Below are positions 22,101 through 34,269 of a stretch of DNA of 39,568 bases, piece after piece (position 1 is the stretch's first letter; every line of letters starts with the position of its first letter). The stretch comes from Chiloscyllium plagiosum (Eukaryota): positions 1-39,568 of the forward strand of contig NW_025214133.1 in assembly GCF_004010195.1 (NCBI RefSeq), written 5' to 3'. The position numbers were made by a program, and so were the translations under genes. Under the pieces are notes generated by a model. That model saw only the letters and a program-made list of their open reading frames with translations. It was not told where the DNA came from and searched no databases.

Positions 22101-24011
22101 AAAGTGAGTGAGATTGGGGTAGAGAGAATGAGTAAGTGTGAGGGAGTAGAGAGAGATGTGTGGAGGTGTTAGAGAGGGAGAGAGTGGGGAGTGTAGAGAG
22201 ACAGAATTCGGGACTGAGGTCGAGAGAGTATTTGCGAGCGCGAAAGAGAGAGAGTGGGATAAAGAGAGAATGGGGGATGTGTGGAGAGAGTTCGGGACTG
22301 GTGGAGAGATCGTGGGAGAGGGGTAGAGGGAGAAAGTGAGAGGGGTCTACAGAGAGAGTTTAGGAGCAGGTACAGAGAGAGTGGGAGAGCGGAAGAGGGA
22401 GAGAGAGACTGTTCAGTGGTAGACGGAGAAAGTGAGAGGAGTGGGGTATTCGAGAGAGAGGGAAGATGCTAGAGATAGGGAGAGTGGGAGAGAGTGAGAG
22501 AGAGAGATTGAGAGTGCGTGATGGTATAGAGAGAGGGGACAAGATGGAGAGAGAGTGGGATGGCGTTATGGAGAGAGAAGGGGAGAAAAGGGTGTTGAAT
22601 GAGAGAGACAGAGAGAGAGCGTATGACGGATCGGAAGAGAGAGTGGGAAGGTGTAAAGAGAGAGAGAGCGAGAGAGTGTGAGGCGTAGAGAGAAAAAATG
22701 GGAGAGATATAAACTGTAAGGATGGTAGATACAGGGCGTGGTAGTGCATACAAAGAGAGAGATGGGGAAAGTGGGGGGTAATAGACAAAGTGAGAGAGTG
22801 GTTGGAGTGACTAGAGAGAGGGAAGGGTGGAGTGTGTGGTAATGGGGCAGCGGGAGAGAATGGGAGTGGGTCGAGTGTCAGTGAGTGGGATGGATTTGGA
22901 ACGCGAGAGTGTGGGGTTTACGTAGAGAGAGACGGATAGAGAAAGAGACAGTGAAACGGTGTAGCAAGAGAGAAGGTGGAAGAGCGAGGGATAGTGGGAA
23001 GTGGGCAGTGAGTGTGGGGGTTGTGAGAGGGGATAGAGACAGAAAGAGAGTGGGTACAGAATGGGGAGTGGGAAGAGATATCGAGAATGGAAGAGTTTTG
23101 CACAGAGAAAGAGAGTAACAGGGGATTGGAGAGAGTGGGAGTCGAGTTAAGAGAGAATGGCTGAGACCGGGAATGGAGTACAGACGAAGAGTGGAAGAAG
23201 GAAGAGAGGGCGAGGTATGACGGTGTTGGAGGGAGATAAAGAGAGTGCGACAGTGCAGTAGAGAGAGAAAAAGTGAAAGTGAAGGGAAGTAGAGTGACAG
23301 AAAGTGGGAAGGGGTAGAGAGAATGGAAATGGTTTGGATGGAGAGAGTGGGCTTTTAGAGAGATACTATGAGTGAATAGAGAGAGAGGTTGCAGATAATG
23401 TGGGAGGCGAGTAGAGAAAGATATGGAGGTGTGTATAAAAGTCGAGTAGGAGAGGGTAGAGAGAGATAGACACAGAGAGTGAGGGGGTTGACAGAGAGTG
23501 GACGGGTGTGGGATTTAAGAGAGATTTTAGGATGGTGTAGAGAGAGAGGGTAGAGAGTATGGGAAGTGGGTAGAGAGAGAGAATGGGAGGGACTCTAGAA
23601 AGAGAGTGAGAGGATGTACAGACAGAATTAGAAATAGCGAGAGAGTGAGTGGGAAGAGGGAGAGAGAGTGGTGGAGGATGTAATGAGAGAGATTATGAGT
23701 GTGTGGAGAGAGTGTGAGATGGGTAGAAGGAGAGACTGGGAGTGGATAGATAAAGTGGGATAGCAGTACGCAGAAAGAGAGACAATCAGCGGCTTCAGAA
23801 AGTGAGTGGGGGAGTACAGAAGGTTGAGAGGGATGAGTGTGTGAAAGGAGAGGTGGTGAGTGTTGGAGTTGAGTTGAGAGAGAGAGAGAGATTGGAAGGG
23901 AGTAGGAAAAGGGAGTGGGCAGATAAAGAGATAGCGAGTGAGGGTGGGAAGGGTGCCCAGAGAGAGGTTTGGATATCGGTAGAGAAAGAGTGGGGTGGCA
24001 GAGAGAGAAGT

Positions 24012-24263
24012 CATGATTTGGAGATGCCGGTGTTGGACTGGGGTGTACAAAGTTAAAAATCACACAACACCAGGTTATAGTCCAACAGGTTTAATTGGAA
24101 GCACACTAGCTTTCGGAGCGACGCTCCTTCATCAGGTGATAGTGGAGGGCTCGTTCGTAACACAGAATTTATATCAAAACTTTACAGTGTGATGTAACAG
24201 AAATTATAAATGGAAAAATTGATTGTCTGTTTAGCCTTTCATCTGTTAGAATACAGTGAAACT
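24012..24263 (-). mobile_element. Penelope-like element terminal fragment (third family)
   Basis: Complex-sequence island in the GA tract (TGATTTGGAGATGCCGGTGTTGGACTGGGGTGTACAAAG...) carrying a hammerhead motif on the minus strand. Confidence 0.75.
24104..24138 (-). ncRNA. Minimal type I hammerhead ribozyme motif, intact
   Basis: Minus strand: CAC CTGATGA A GGAGC-GTC-GCTCC GAAA GCTA GTG. Stem I CAC/GTG, 5-bp stem II, palindromic AGCT stem III, CUA cleavage triplet. Confidence 0.8.
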
Positions 24264-27200
24264 ATCAGAGAGAGAGAGGAGTAGAGACAGAGTGAGTGAG
24301 GGTACAAAGAGAAATGGAAGGGGTGTTGAACGGGAGGGAAAGAGAGTGAGGTAAATTTGTGCAGAGAGAGAGTCATCGGGAGACGAATGAGAATGGGAGT
24401 GGAGTAAAGAGAGAGTGAGTGGAGTACAGACGGAAAGAGAGGAAGTTGGTAGAAAGAGACAGAGTGGGAGGGGGCTGGAGAGAGAAATAGAGTGCGGAGG
24501 AGTGGTGAGAGAGAATGTGGAGGGGTCGTGGCAGATATACATTGGGTTGGGGAATAGTGAGAAAGTGTGTGGGAGGGGATGAGAGAATGGAGTGTTTTAA
24601 ACATGGAACGTGGGTGAGTAGACAGCGAGAAGGAGGTGTCGAGACAGAGAGACTGGAAGGTGGTATGGAGAGAGAGTGAGGGAGAAAGAGAGTGAGAATT
24701 GCAGGGGCATATACAGAGAAAGCGAGAGAGAGGGAGGTGGAAGAGAGAGAGTGAGAGAGAAGGAGGGGTATTGAAAGAGGGAGACAGAGGAGGGTGTAGA
24801 GAGCGAGAGAGAGACAGTTGGGGCGTGGTGGAGAATGAGAGGAGGGAGTGGGTAAAGCGATAAAGAGAGGGACGGGTAAAGACAGATAGTGAGTGGGCGT
24901 AGAGAGAGTGAGATTAGTAAGTTGTGGAGAGAGAGACAGAGTGTGGAGGGGGTAAAGAGAAAAATAATTGCAGGGAGATAGAGAGGGAGGTGGTAAAAAC
25001 AGAGAGTGAGCTTGAGAGGGTAGAGGGAGCAAGGTGAGGAGGGTAGAGAGAGAGTGGGATGTGTAGAGTGAGAGATAATGTGGGAGAAGTTAGAGAGACA
25101 GTATGGGAGGAGGTGGAGAGAGCGATTGCGAGAAGGGTAGGGGAGAGCGAGTGTGGGGGTATTGAGAGAGTGAGAGAGGCGGTTATGGATAGAGAGTGGT
25201 ATTGCCGTATATGGATAGAGATTGGCAGAATTGGTAGAAAGAGAGAGAGGAAGACAGGGTCGTGGGGTTGAGCGGTTTGAGGTAGTGAGAGAGGGAGAAG
25301 GATAGTGGAAGAGGGAGGGGGTTGAGGGAGAGAGTTAGAGAGAGAATGGAAGGGTGGAAGAGTGAGACTGTGGGAGGTGGTACAGAGAGAGGTACAGAGA
25401 GAGTGGGGAAGACAAAGAGAGACAGTGGGTAGGGTGCCGAGAGAGTGGGAGGGAATAGAGAGAGAGCGGGAGAATAAGAGACCGTTTGAGACAGAGCGCG
25501 GGGTGTAGAGAGAGAGAGTGGGAGACGGGCAGAGGGAGAGATAGAGTGTGAGTGGGAGTGGGTAGAGAGAGAGTGAGTGTGAGGAGGAGAGAGTGCAATG
25601 TGGGGACGGAGTAAAGACAGAGAGAGAGAAGTGTTGTAGAGTTAGTGTCTGTGGGAGTATAGTGGGGATTGGAGTGGGAAAGGAGTAGGGACGGAGTGAG
25701 GGAGCATGATAAAGAAAGAGAATACGACGGGTTTGGAGAGAGAGTGCGGGGGAGGGAGTAGAGAGACCATGGGAAATGGGTAGAGGGAGAGCGAGAGTGG
25801 GAGGTGTAAAGAGAGTGTGAGTAGGAGAAGGTAGACAGAGAGAAAGAAGAACGGCCTAAAAGTGATAAGGAGAGACGGAAGATGGTAGGGAAAGCCAGAC
25901 TGGGTGCCAGAGAAAGACTCAGAGAGAGAGTGGAGTTAGGGTGCAGGGAGTGAATGCGAGGAATGGTGCGAGAGAGAGTTGGATAGCAGGATAGAGAGAC
26001 TGAATCGGTTTGGAGGTGTTCACAGAGAGAAATGCGTGGGTCGAGAGACGGGTGGGAAGGTGATACAGTGACTTTAGGTGGGGCAGAGAGAGTTAAAGAG
26101 GGAGACGGCAACAGATAGAGAGAGGGAGGGAGTAGAGGGCAAAAGAGGGAGAGACAGAGTGGGAGGGTGGTGGATATAGAGAGTTTCAGAGTGTACAGAA
26201 ATAGATAGAGAGAGAATGGGAGTGGATTGAGTGAGGATGGGTGGCTGTAGAGAGAGAGAGTGGAAGGGGATAGAGAGAAAGAGTGCTCGACAGAAAGCCT
26301 GTGAGGCGTGAAAGAAAGAGTGAGAAATGTATGGTGAGACAGAGTGGGATTGGGGTATAGATACAGGGAGAGGGGCAGGGGTAGGAGAGACAGTGGGAGT
26401 GGGATACGGTTAGAAGGGAGAGAGGGATGGATAGAATTTAGATAGAGAGCGACAGGGAGAGAGAGTGGTGGGTAGAGAGAGAGGTGGAGACGGGTAGAGA
26501 GACAGTGGGAGGATGTTGGAGGGAGAGAGTTTGGGGTACAGAAATATACATTGAAATTGAGAAGGTCAAGGCAAAGAGAGGCACGGGTGGGGTGGAGAGA
26601 GAGAGTGGGAGTGGTTTGAGGAAAAGGGTGGGAACGAGGTAGACAGGGCTGGGGTGGTGTAGAGGCAGAGTGTTGGTGTTAAAGAGAGAACGGGGGAGAT
26701 AGTGGTGGTGGTGTAGATAGATACAGACTGGGATAGATAAAGGAAGCGAGAGTCGGGTGTACAGAGAGATAGAGAGAATGAAGGAGAGCGAGGGAGAAGT
26801 TAGAGAGAGAGGGTCGGAGGGGATTAGAGGGAGAGAAAGAATGGGAGAGGGTACAGAGAGAGGTAGAGAGAGACTGTGAGAGGGTAGAGAAAGTGACATA
26901 GTTTGGGTCTCGAGAGAGAGTGGGAGTGCGCAAACAGAGAGATAAAGCGAGGGGTTTATGGAGAGATAGTGAGAGGGGTTAGCGCGAGAGAGCAAGAGTG
27001 AGGGGGAGTAAGAGTGGGGGTGTAGAGAGAGAGTGTGGGACAGACTAGAGAGAGACAGTGATGTGGTGGAGAGCGCGAGTGCGAGGAATGAAACAGAGAC
27101 CAAGAGCATGAGTGAGAGGGATATCGCGGGAGTGGTGTTGATGGAGAGTGTGGTAAAGAGAGAGTTTTGGGGAGTGGGGGTGTGTCGGAGAGAAACAGAG

Positions 27201-28707
27201 AGTAAAAGGGAGGAAGGGAAAGTGAGAGAGGCAGGGGATTCAGAGAGATAGTGGGACGAGGGTAGAGGAAGATAGAACGGAGCCAAAGTGGGTGAATGGA
27301 AAAGAGAGTGTGGGAGGGGTTAGAGAAATACCGAGAATTTGGGTGAAGAGAGAGAGTTGGAGGACGTAGAGAGACAGGAGAGAGAGAAGGCGTTAGAGAT
27401 AAAGACAGAGCGGGTCGGAGGGTTTAGAGAGCGATTGTGAGGCGTTAGACAGAGAAAAAAGGAGGGGGTAAAGACAGTTAGAGGTTGAGTGTCGGGTAGA
27501 GAGAGACAGACAGAGAGACAGTGCGGGGGAAGACAGAGAGAGTGGGAGGGGGATGAGACAGAGAGAAAGTGGGATGTGGTAGAGGGAGAATGATTGTGAG
27601 GGAGTAGAGAGACTTGGGGAGGTGGTAGAGAGAACATAAAAGGGAATAGAGAAAGAGAGTGGGAGTGCGGAAAAGAGCAAGAAAGAACGAGAGCTATTGG
27701 GAGTAGAGAGAGTGAGAGTGAGAGTGGTTTCGACAGAGAGAGTGTGTAGAGACAGAGAGAAAGGGAGTGGAAATAGAGTTGGAGAGAGAGTAGGAGAGGG
27801 ACGGAGGGACCGAGAGTTTGGGTGGTGTATAAGGGAGAGAGAGTTGCAAGGGGATAGAGGCAGAGTGTGAGTGGGATAGGGAGCGAGAGTGGGAGGCGGC
27901 TAGAGAGAGAGAAAACGAGGGTGTATGCAGAGAAAGAAGGAGGTGGTCCGCAGAGATAGAAGGTGGATTGGGGATGAGAGTGCGAGACAGAGACATAGAG
28001 AGAACGGGAGGGATAGAGAGGGAGAGAGAGGGTGGTGCAGAGAGAGAAAAAAAGTGGGAGGAAGGGAGAAAGAGAGAGTGAGGGAATAGAGAGAGGGAGA
28101 TGTGAGGAGTGTGTAGAGAGAAAGAGTGGAGGGTGTAGAGTGAGAGAGTAATGGATTGGAATCGGGGAGAGTGTGGGAGCTGTATAGAGAGAGAGTGGGG
28201 CAGGTGTGGAGGGAGACTGCGGGTGAGGGTGTGGAGAGAGAATGGGAGAGAGGTAGAGGGAGACGGAGATGGCGAGATGTCGATAGAGTGTGTGGCAGGG
28301 GTAGACAGAGACAAAGAAGGTAGAGCTAGAAAGAGAGATGGCGAGAGCGTGGAGGATAGGAAGAGTGAGAGTGGGAGCAGACAAAAAGACAGAGACAGAG
28401 TGGGTGGGCGTATAGAGAGAGAATGAATGGGACTGTGATAGAGAGTGGCATGGCGGGAGAGAGAGTGGGGAGGAAGGGTTGTAGAGAGAAAACAGAGAAC
28501 GAGGGAGAGAGTGATGGGGCAGAGAGAGAGAGAGAGGTGGGGTGGACAGGCAGAGAGAGAGAGAGTAGGATGGGGTAGACAGAGAGTGAGGGAAAGCGTT
28601 TTAGACAGCGAAAGGGAGGATGGGTGGTAGAGAGCGAGTGGGAGGGTATAGATAGAGAGAGGGAGAGGGAAAGAAAGAGACTGGGAAGGGTTAGAGGGAG
28701 AGAGTAG

Positions 28708-29014
28708 ATTTAGATTAGATTACATTACAGTGTGGAAACAGGCCCTTCGGCCCAACAAGTCCACACCGACCCGCCACGCACCCATATCCCTACATTTACC
28801 CCTTACTTAACACTACGGGCAATTTAGCATGGCCAATTTACCTAACCTGCACATCTTTGGACTGTGGGAGGAAACCGGAGCATCCAGAGAAAACCCACGC
28901 AAATACGGGGAGAACGTGCAAACTCTACACAGTCAGTCGCCTGAGGCGGGAATTGAACCCGATTCTCAGGCGCCGTGAAGCAGCAGTGCTAACCACTGTG
29001 CCACCGTGCCGCCC
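28708..29014 (-). mobile_element. Full-length, relatively young HE1-like tRNA-derived SINE with TSD
   Basis: Minus 5' end GGGCGGCACGGTGGCACAGTGGTTAGCACTGCTGC, B box GGGTTCAATTCC, (TCTAA)n tail. TSD GAGAGAGTAG (28698-28707) / GTGAGAGTAG (29015-29024). Confidence 0.93.
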
Positions 29015-31765
29015 GTGAGAGTAGGAGAGAGAATGGAAAGGTGTAAGAAAGAGAAAATGGGAGAGGGTACAGGGAAAGTTGGAGTGAGCGTGGGAGGGGG
29101 TAGACAAAGAGAGATTGGGATAGGTATCTAGAGGGATGAATGGAGGGGCAGAGAGAGTGGGCGAGTGAGGCAGTGAGCGAAAGAGAATGGGAGGGGAATA
29201 GACAGAATCTGTGAGGTGGGAGGAGAGACGGAGTAGGTAGACAGACAGAGTGGCAGTGATGTGCAGAAGAGTGTGCGGGGGTGTGCTCAGAGAAAAAGAG
29301 AGGGAGTGGGGGAGAGGGAGAGAGTGTGGGGAGAGAGAGAATGCATTGTGGCATGGATAGAGAGGGTTAGGGATGTGGGGAAAAGAAAGTGTGGAGGGGA
29401 AAAAGAGTGAATGAGCGTGGGGTAGAGAGAGAGTGGGAAGGTGTAAGGAGAGAGTGGGAGGACATGGAGAGAGATATGATTGTGGGAGGGAATAGAGAGA
29501 GAAAGTTAGGGTGTGTTGTGAGAGAGAGTGTGACAGGGGAAGGCGGGTGAGAGAGTGGGAGAATGTGTGCAGAGAGACAGCTTGCGAAAAGAGGAAGAAG
29601 CGCAGAGTAAGAGAGTGTGGTTGGGTGGTAAAGAGAGAGATGGTAGTGGATAGTGTCAGAGTGGCAGAGAGCTGATGTGTGGAGTGATAGACGGAGTGGG
29701 TGGGAACACGAGAGAGAGAGAAAGAGTATGTAGAGAGAGGGATGGATAGAGAGACAGAGCTTGGGAGTGGACAGAGAGAGAGAGCGGGTGAGAGAGAGAA
29801 GTTGTGTGGGTGGTGGTAGGGGATTGGGGAGTAGAGATAGAGTACGGGATTGTTAAAGAAGAAGTGAGAGGCAAATATTGGAAGTGATGTAGATACACAG
29901 AGTGTGGGGTAGAGAGAGATTCGGAGGAGTATAGTGAGATTGAGGGTTTGAAAGTGAGAGAGAGTGAGTTGGTAGAGAGCGTGTGGGAAGGATTATAGCG
30001 AAAGAGAGTTGGATAAGATACAGAGCCAGATAGAGATAGAGAGGTAGGGGGTAAAGAGAGGATGGGGTGTGTAGAGAAGGAGTAAGATGGGTAGAGAGAG
30101 AGTGTGAGTGTGGTAGAGAGAGGGAGACGTGGAGAGACAGAAAGAGGAAGTGGAGAGAAAGGAGGATGGTGTAGAGAGAGACAGAGAGAGTGGGATGGGT
30201 AGAGGGAATGATTTGTTGGATAGAAGATAGAGACAGAATTGGGGGTGTATAGGGAGACAGTCGGAGGGTGTAGAGACAGCGCGAGAGGCAGTGCGATTAG
30301 AGAGAGACTGGGAGTTATTTGAGGGATGGGAACGAAGCAGAGAGAAATGGCGTAGAGAGAGAGAGAGCTGTGGATTAAAGAGACTAAGAGGATGATAATG
30401 CTGTGGATTAGAAAGTGACAATGGGAGGAGGGAAGACAGGGAGAGAGAAGGAGGGATGGAGAGAGAGTAAGAAAGTTGGAGGGGCAGTGAGAGTAGACGG
30501 GGATAGAGAGACGCAGAGACAACGTGGGAGGGTGAAGACAGAGTGTGAGGGAAGGGAAAGATAGGGAGGTGGGGAAATAAAGACACTGAGAGTGAGGCAG
30601 TGTGTAGGGGAGAGAGAGTGTGGAGGGGAAGGATCGAGTGAATGGCCGTAGTGTACAGAGAGTGTGGGAAGGGGTCTGGAGAGAGTGTAGGCGGGTGTAG
30701 AGAGAGATATATTGGTTGGAAGGGCTTAGAGAGAGAGAGTTGGTGTGTGATGTGAGAGTGCGGGAGTGGAATGTGAAAGAAAGAGTGAGAGAATGAGTGT
30801 GGAGAGAGATGGTTGGGGAGAGAGAGAGAGACATAGCTTGGGAGTGGGTAGAGAGAGAGCGAGGGAGAGGGTTTCGAGTGAGACAGAGAGTTGGGTGTGT
30901 GGACAGAAAGAATGGCTGGGAGGGTGATGCGATTGTGAGAGCGAGCATGAGTGCATAGAGAGAGTGAAGGGTAGACAGAGACAAAGCCTGGGAGGGGAAA
31001 ATAGAGAGACGAGCGGGCAGAGATTGAGATTTTGTGAGTGGTAGAGAAAGACAGCGTGGGTGTAGAATGAGATAGTGCGGGGTTATTAAAGAAGGAGTGA
31101 GAAGCAGATATTGGGATTGGTGTAGATAGATAGAGTGTGTGGGAGGGGAAGATTCGCAGAGTATGGAGAGATTGAGAGAATGAAAATGAGAGAGTGAATT
31201 GACAGAGAGAGTGGTCAGGATCATAGAGAAATTGAGAGAAGGGAGGGGATAAAGAGACAGATGGAGAGACAGTGGGGGAAGGGAGAGAGTGGAGGTGTAG
31301 AGAGTGAGTGGGAGCGGATAAAGAGAGGTAGGAATGGAGAGAAAGAGAGAGTATGAGATTGCAGATGGTGCAGACAGAGAGAGTGGGAGGGGCACAGAGA
31401 GTGATCAGGTGGAATGTAGAGAGAGACAATGAGGCATGTATGGAGAGAGAGGGGGCAAGATTAGAGAAATAGAGAGAGAGGCATGGGAGACAAAGAGAGA
31501 GTGGGAGGCGGTGGAGAGTGTGGGATTTTATTGAGGGAGTAGGATGAGGAGGAGTGGTGAGGAGTGGAAAGAGAGAGTGCGAGTGAGTTAACGAGTGAAA
31601 AAAGAAGATAGTGGGTGTCGTGTAGATAGGTAGATCGTGGGGTAGAGGGATAAAGAAAGAGTGGGAGGGTGTACAGACAGATAGAGAGAGTGGAAGAGAG
31701 AGGGGAGAGGGTGGAGAGAGTGGGAGGGGTTTAGAGGCAGAGAGAGGGAGAGAGGCAGAGAGCCA

Positions 31766-31803
31766 GAGAGCGTGAGAGCGTGAGAGCGTGAGAGCGTGAG
31801 AGC
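31766..31803. repeat. Perfect (GAGAGCGT)n octamer microsatellite running into an 11-N gap (31804-31814)
   Basis: Direct reading. Confidence 0.9.
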
Positions 31804-34269
31804 NNNNNNNNNNNAGCAGAAGGGAGTTAGAGCGCGTGAGTAGGTTGGGGATAGAGAGAGAGGGAGAAAAGGAGGGAGGGGAAGAGAAAGAAAATGTGTC
31901 GGCAGAATAGTTTGCTTGAGATTGGAAGGGGTAGGAAGAAAGACCAAGAGAGCGGGGGGGGGTTAGTGAGGGACAGAGTGGACGTTATTAGAGAGAGTAT
32001 GTGTGAAGGGGAGAAGAGAGGGTAAGAGACAGAAAGTGGGATTGGGTTAGAGAGAGAGTGGATGTGAGGGAGTAGTGAGAGAGAGTTGTGGAGTAGGTAG
32101 AGAGACTGAGAGATTGACCGTGAGTGTGGAGGAACGTGGGGTAGAGAGAGTGAGAGTGGCGTGGAAAGACAGAGGGACAGAGCGACCGCGAGAGTAGAGG
32201 GGGTAGAGAGAAGGGGAGAGGTAGAATCTGACACAGAGAGTGTGGGCTGGGTGTGAGAAAGGGGGTAGAGAGAGACAGGGGCACGTGGGGAGGTGGTAGA
32301 GGGAGAGACATGGGCGTCTGGAGTGTGTGAGATTATGGGAGGAAGTTGATGAAGAGTGTGGACGTGGAATAGAGAGAACGCTACAGTGGAAGTTTGTCCA
32401 GCGAGAGGGATGGGGAGAGAGCGGGTGTGGGAGGGAAGTAGCGAGAGAGTGGGCGAGATTAGCGAGAGACAGTAGTGGGGTGTAGATAGAGAGAGTGCGA
32501 GGGGGTTAAAGAGAGAGAGAATTGGACTCTGGGAGTAGTGTAGATAGATAGAGAGTGGAGTAGAGAAAGTGTGATGGAGGGCTATATTGAGAGATAGAGC
32601 GTGAAAGAGAGAGGGGAAGGATTAGAGAGGGAGAGTGGCGGAGTAGAGGGAGAGAGTGGATGGATGTTAAAGAGGGAGAGTGGGAGTGGGTAGAGGAAGT
32701 GAGTAGTGGGGGTGCAGAGAAAGAGAGACAGGGTTGACGTTGAGAGTCTGAGACCGAGAGGAAGGGGATTGAGACTGACAGAGGAAGTGGGCAGAGAGAG
32801 AGAGAGTTGGAGGAGGTTGAAGAGCGAGAGTACAGGGGTGTGGAGAGAAAGAGTGTGAAGTGATTAGAGAGAAAAACAGAATGTGTCGGTGGGGATATAG
32901 ACAGAGTGGGAACGGGTTAGAGAGGGAGAGTGGGAGGGGGTAGATCGAGAGAGAAGGTGGGAGAGAGAGAGAGTGCGTGATAGAGGGGTAGAGGGAAAGC
33001 GGTTGTCAGGAAGACTGAGAGAAGTGGGTGTAGAGGGGAAGACAGCGAGACAAGAGGGGTAGAGAGAATGCAAGAGGGAGAGAGAGACGGTAGAGACAGA
33101 GAGAAAGTGACACGGTGGTAGAGAGAGTGTGTGTGGGAGTCGAGAGAGAGTTGGAGAAGGATAGCGAGAGAAAGTGGGAATGGAGTGTGAGAGAGTTTGA
33201 GGGGTTGAGAGATTGTGTGAGATGTGAATAGATAGAGAGGGAGAGGGACAGGTGATGAAGGGGCGAGTGAGAGTGGGGTTTAGACTGAGAGGGAGGGTGG
33301 AATGGGGTAGAGAGTGAAAGTGAGAGAGGAATAGAAAGAGAGCATGATTGAGGTGGAGAGACGAGAGAGTAGGTGTTAGGGGATAGAGAATGAAAGACAT
33401 TTTGAGGGGGCAGAGAAAGTAAAAGTGGGGTGTAAAGAGAGAGATTGTGGGAGAGGGAATAGTGAAGGTGGGAGTAAGGTAGGGAGAGCGCGAGAGTGGA
33501 ATGGTTTACAGAGAGACGATGGGAAAAGAGAGTGAGTTGGTGGTATAGAGAGAGGGGAAAATATATATATAGAGACATTGGTAGGTAAAGAGGCACTGGG
33601 GTGTAGAGTGAAGTGGAGGTTGGTACAGAGAAAGAGAACGAGGGAGCAAGAAGAGAGAAAGTTAGGAGAGAGAGTGTGTGAGGGTATGGAGAGAGGGTGA
33701 GAGGGGTGATAGAGAGTGAGAGTGGAAGGGGCAGAGAGAGAAAGAGTGGGAGGATTAGAGTGAGTGTGTGAAGTCTAGGGAGACGGAACGAGTGGGAGTG
33801 GGTAGAGATAGAGAGAGTGAGACGTTGGTAAAGAGAGAGATGGGGAGAAATAGAGAGAGTGGGCTGGACGTTGAAACACAGCGAGAAAGAGATAGTGAGA
33901 GGTGGAGAGTAGATTGGGAGACGTGGAGCGGGGTAGAGAGAGTTTAGGAGGATGGTATAGACAGAGCTTGAGTGGGAGTGGGTGTAGGAAAAGTGAGACC
34001 TAGATTGGGAGGGGTGAGGGGGGAACGGGAGAGGGAGGAGGGTACAAAGAGCGACAGTTGGATGAGGATAGAGAGAGTTTCGGGAAATAGATAGATGGAC
34101 CGGAAGAGGGTCAGAGCATTTTTGGGGGAGAATTGGAGTTGAATGAGAGACAGTGGAAGGGGATAGAGGAAGAGAGAATGGGAGGGTGGTAGAGAGAGAA
34201 AGAGTGGGAAGCTGCATAGAGGGAGACAGAAATGTAGAGAGAGAGAATGAGGGGAAAAGAGTCAGAGAG

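Larger units (their letters stand above)
19472..34268 (+). repeat. ~14.8 kb purine-rich (G/A) low-complexity tract or cryptic satellite
   Basis: Continuous GAGA/GGG sequence, very C-poor on +. Recurring degenerate motif GAGAGAGTGGGAGGGGTAGA. Interrupted only by insertions at 24012 and 28708 and a small gap. Confidence 0.95.

Noticed and set aside
28940..29014. tRNA gene (also 10224 and 36478)
   Set aside because: The A/B boxes continue into a SINE core and CR1-type tail with TSD, so these are SINE heads.
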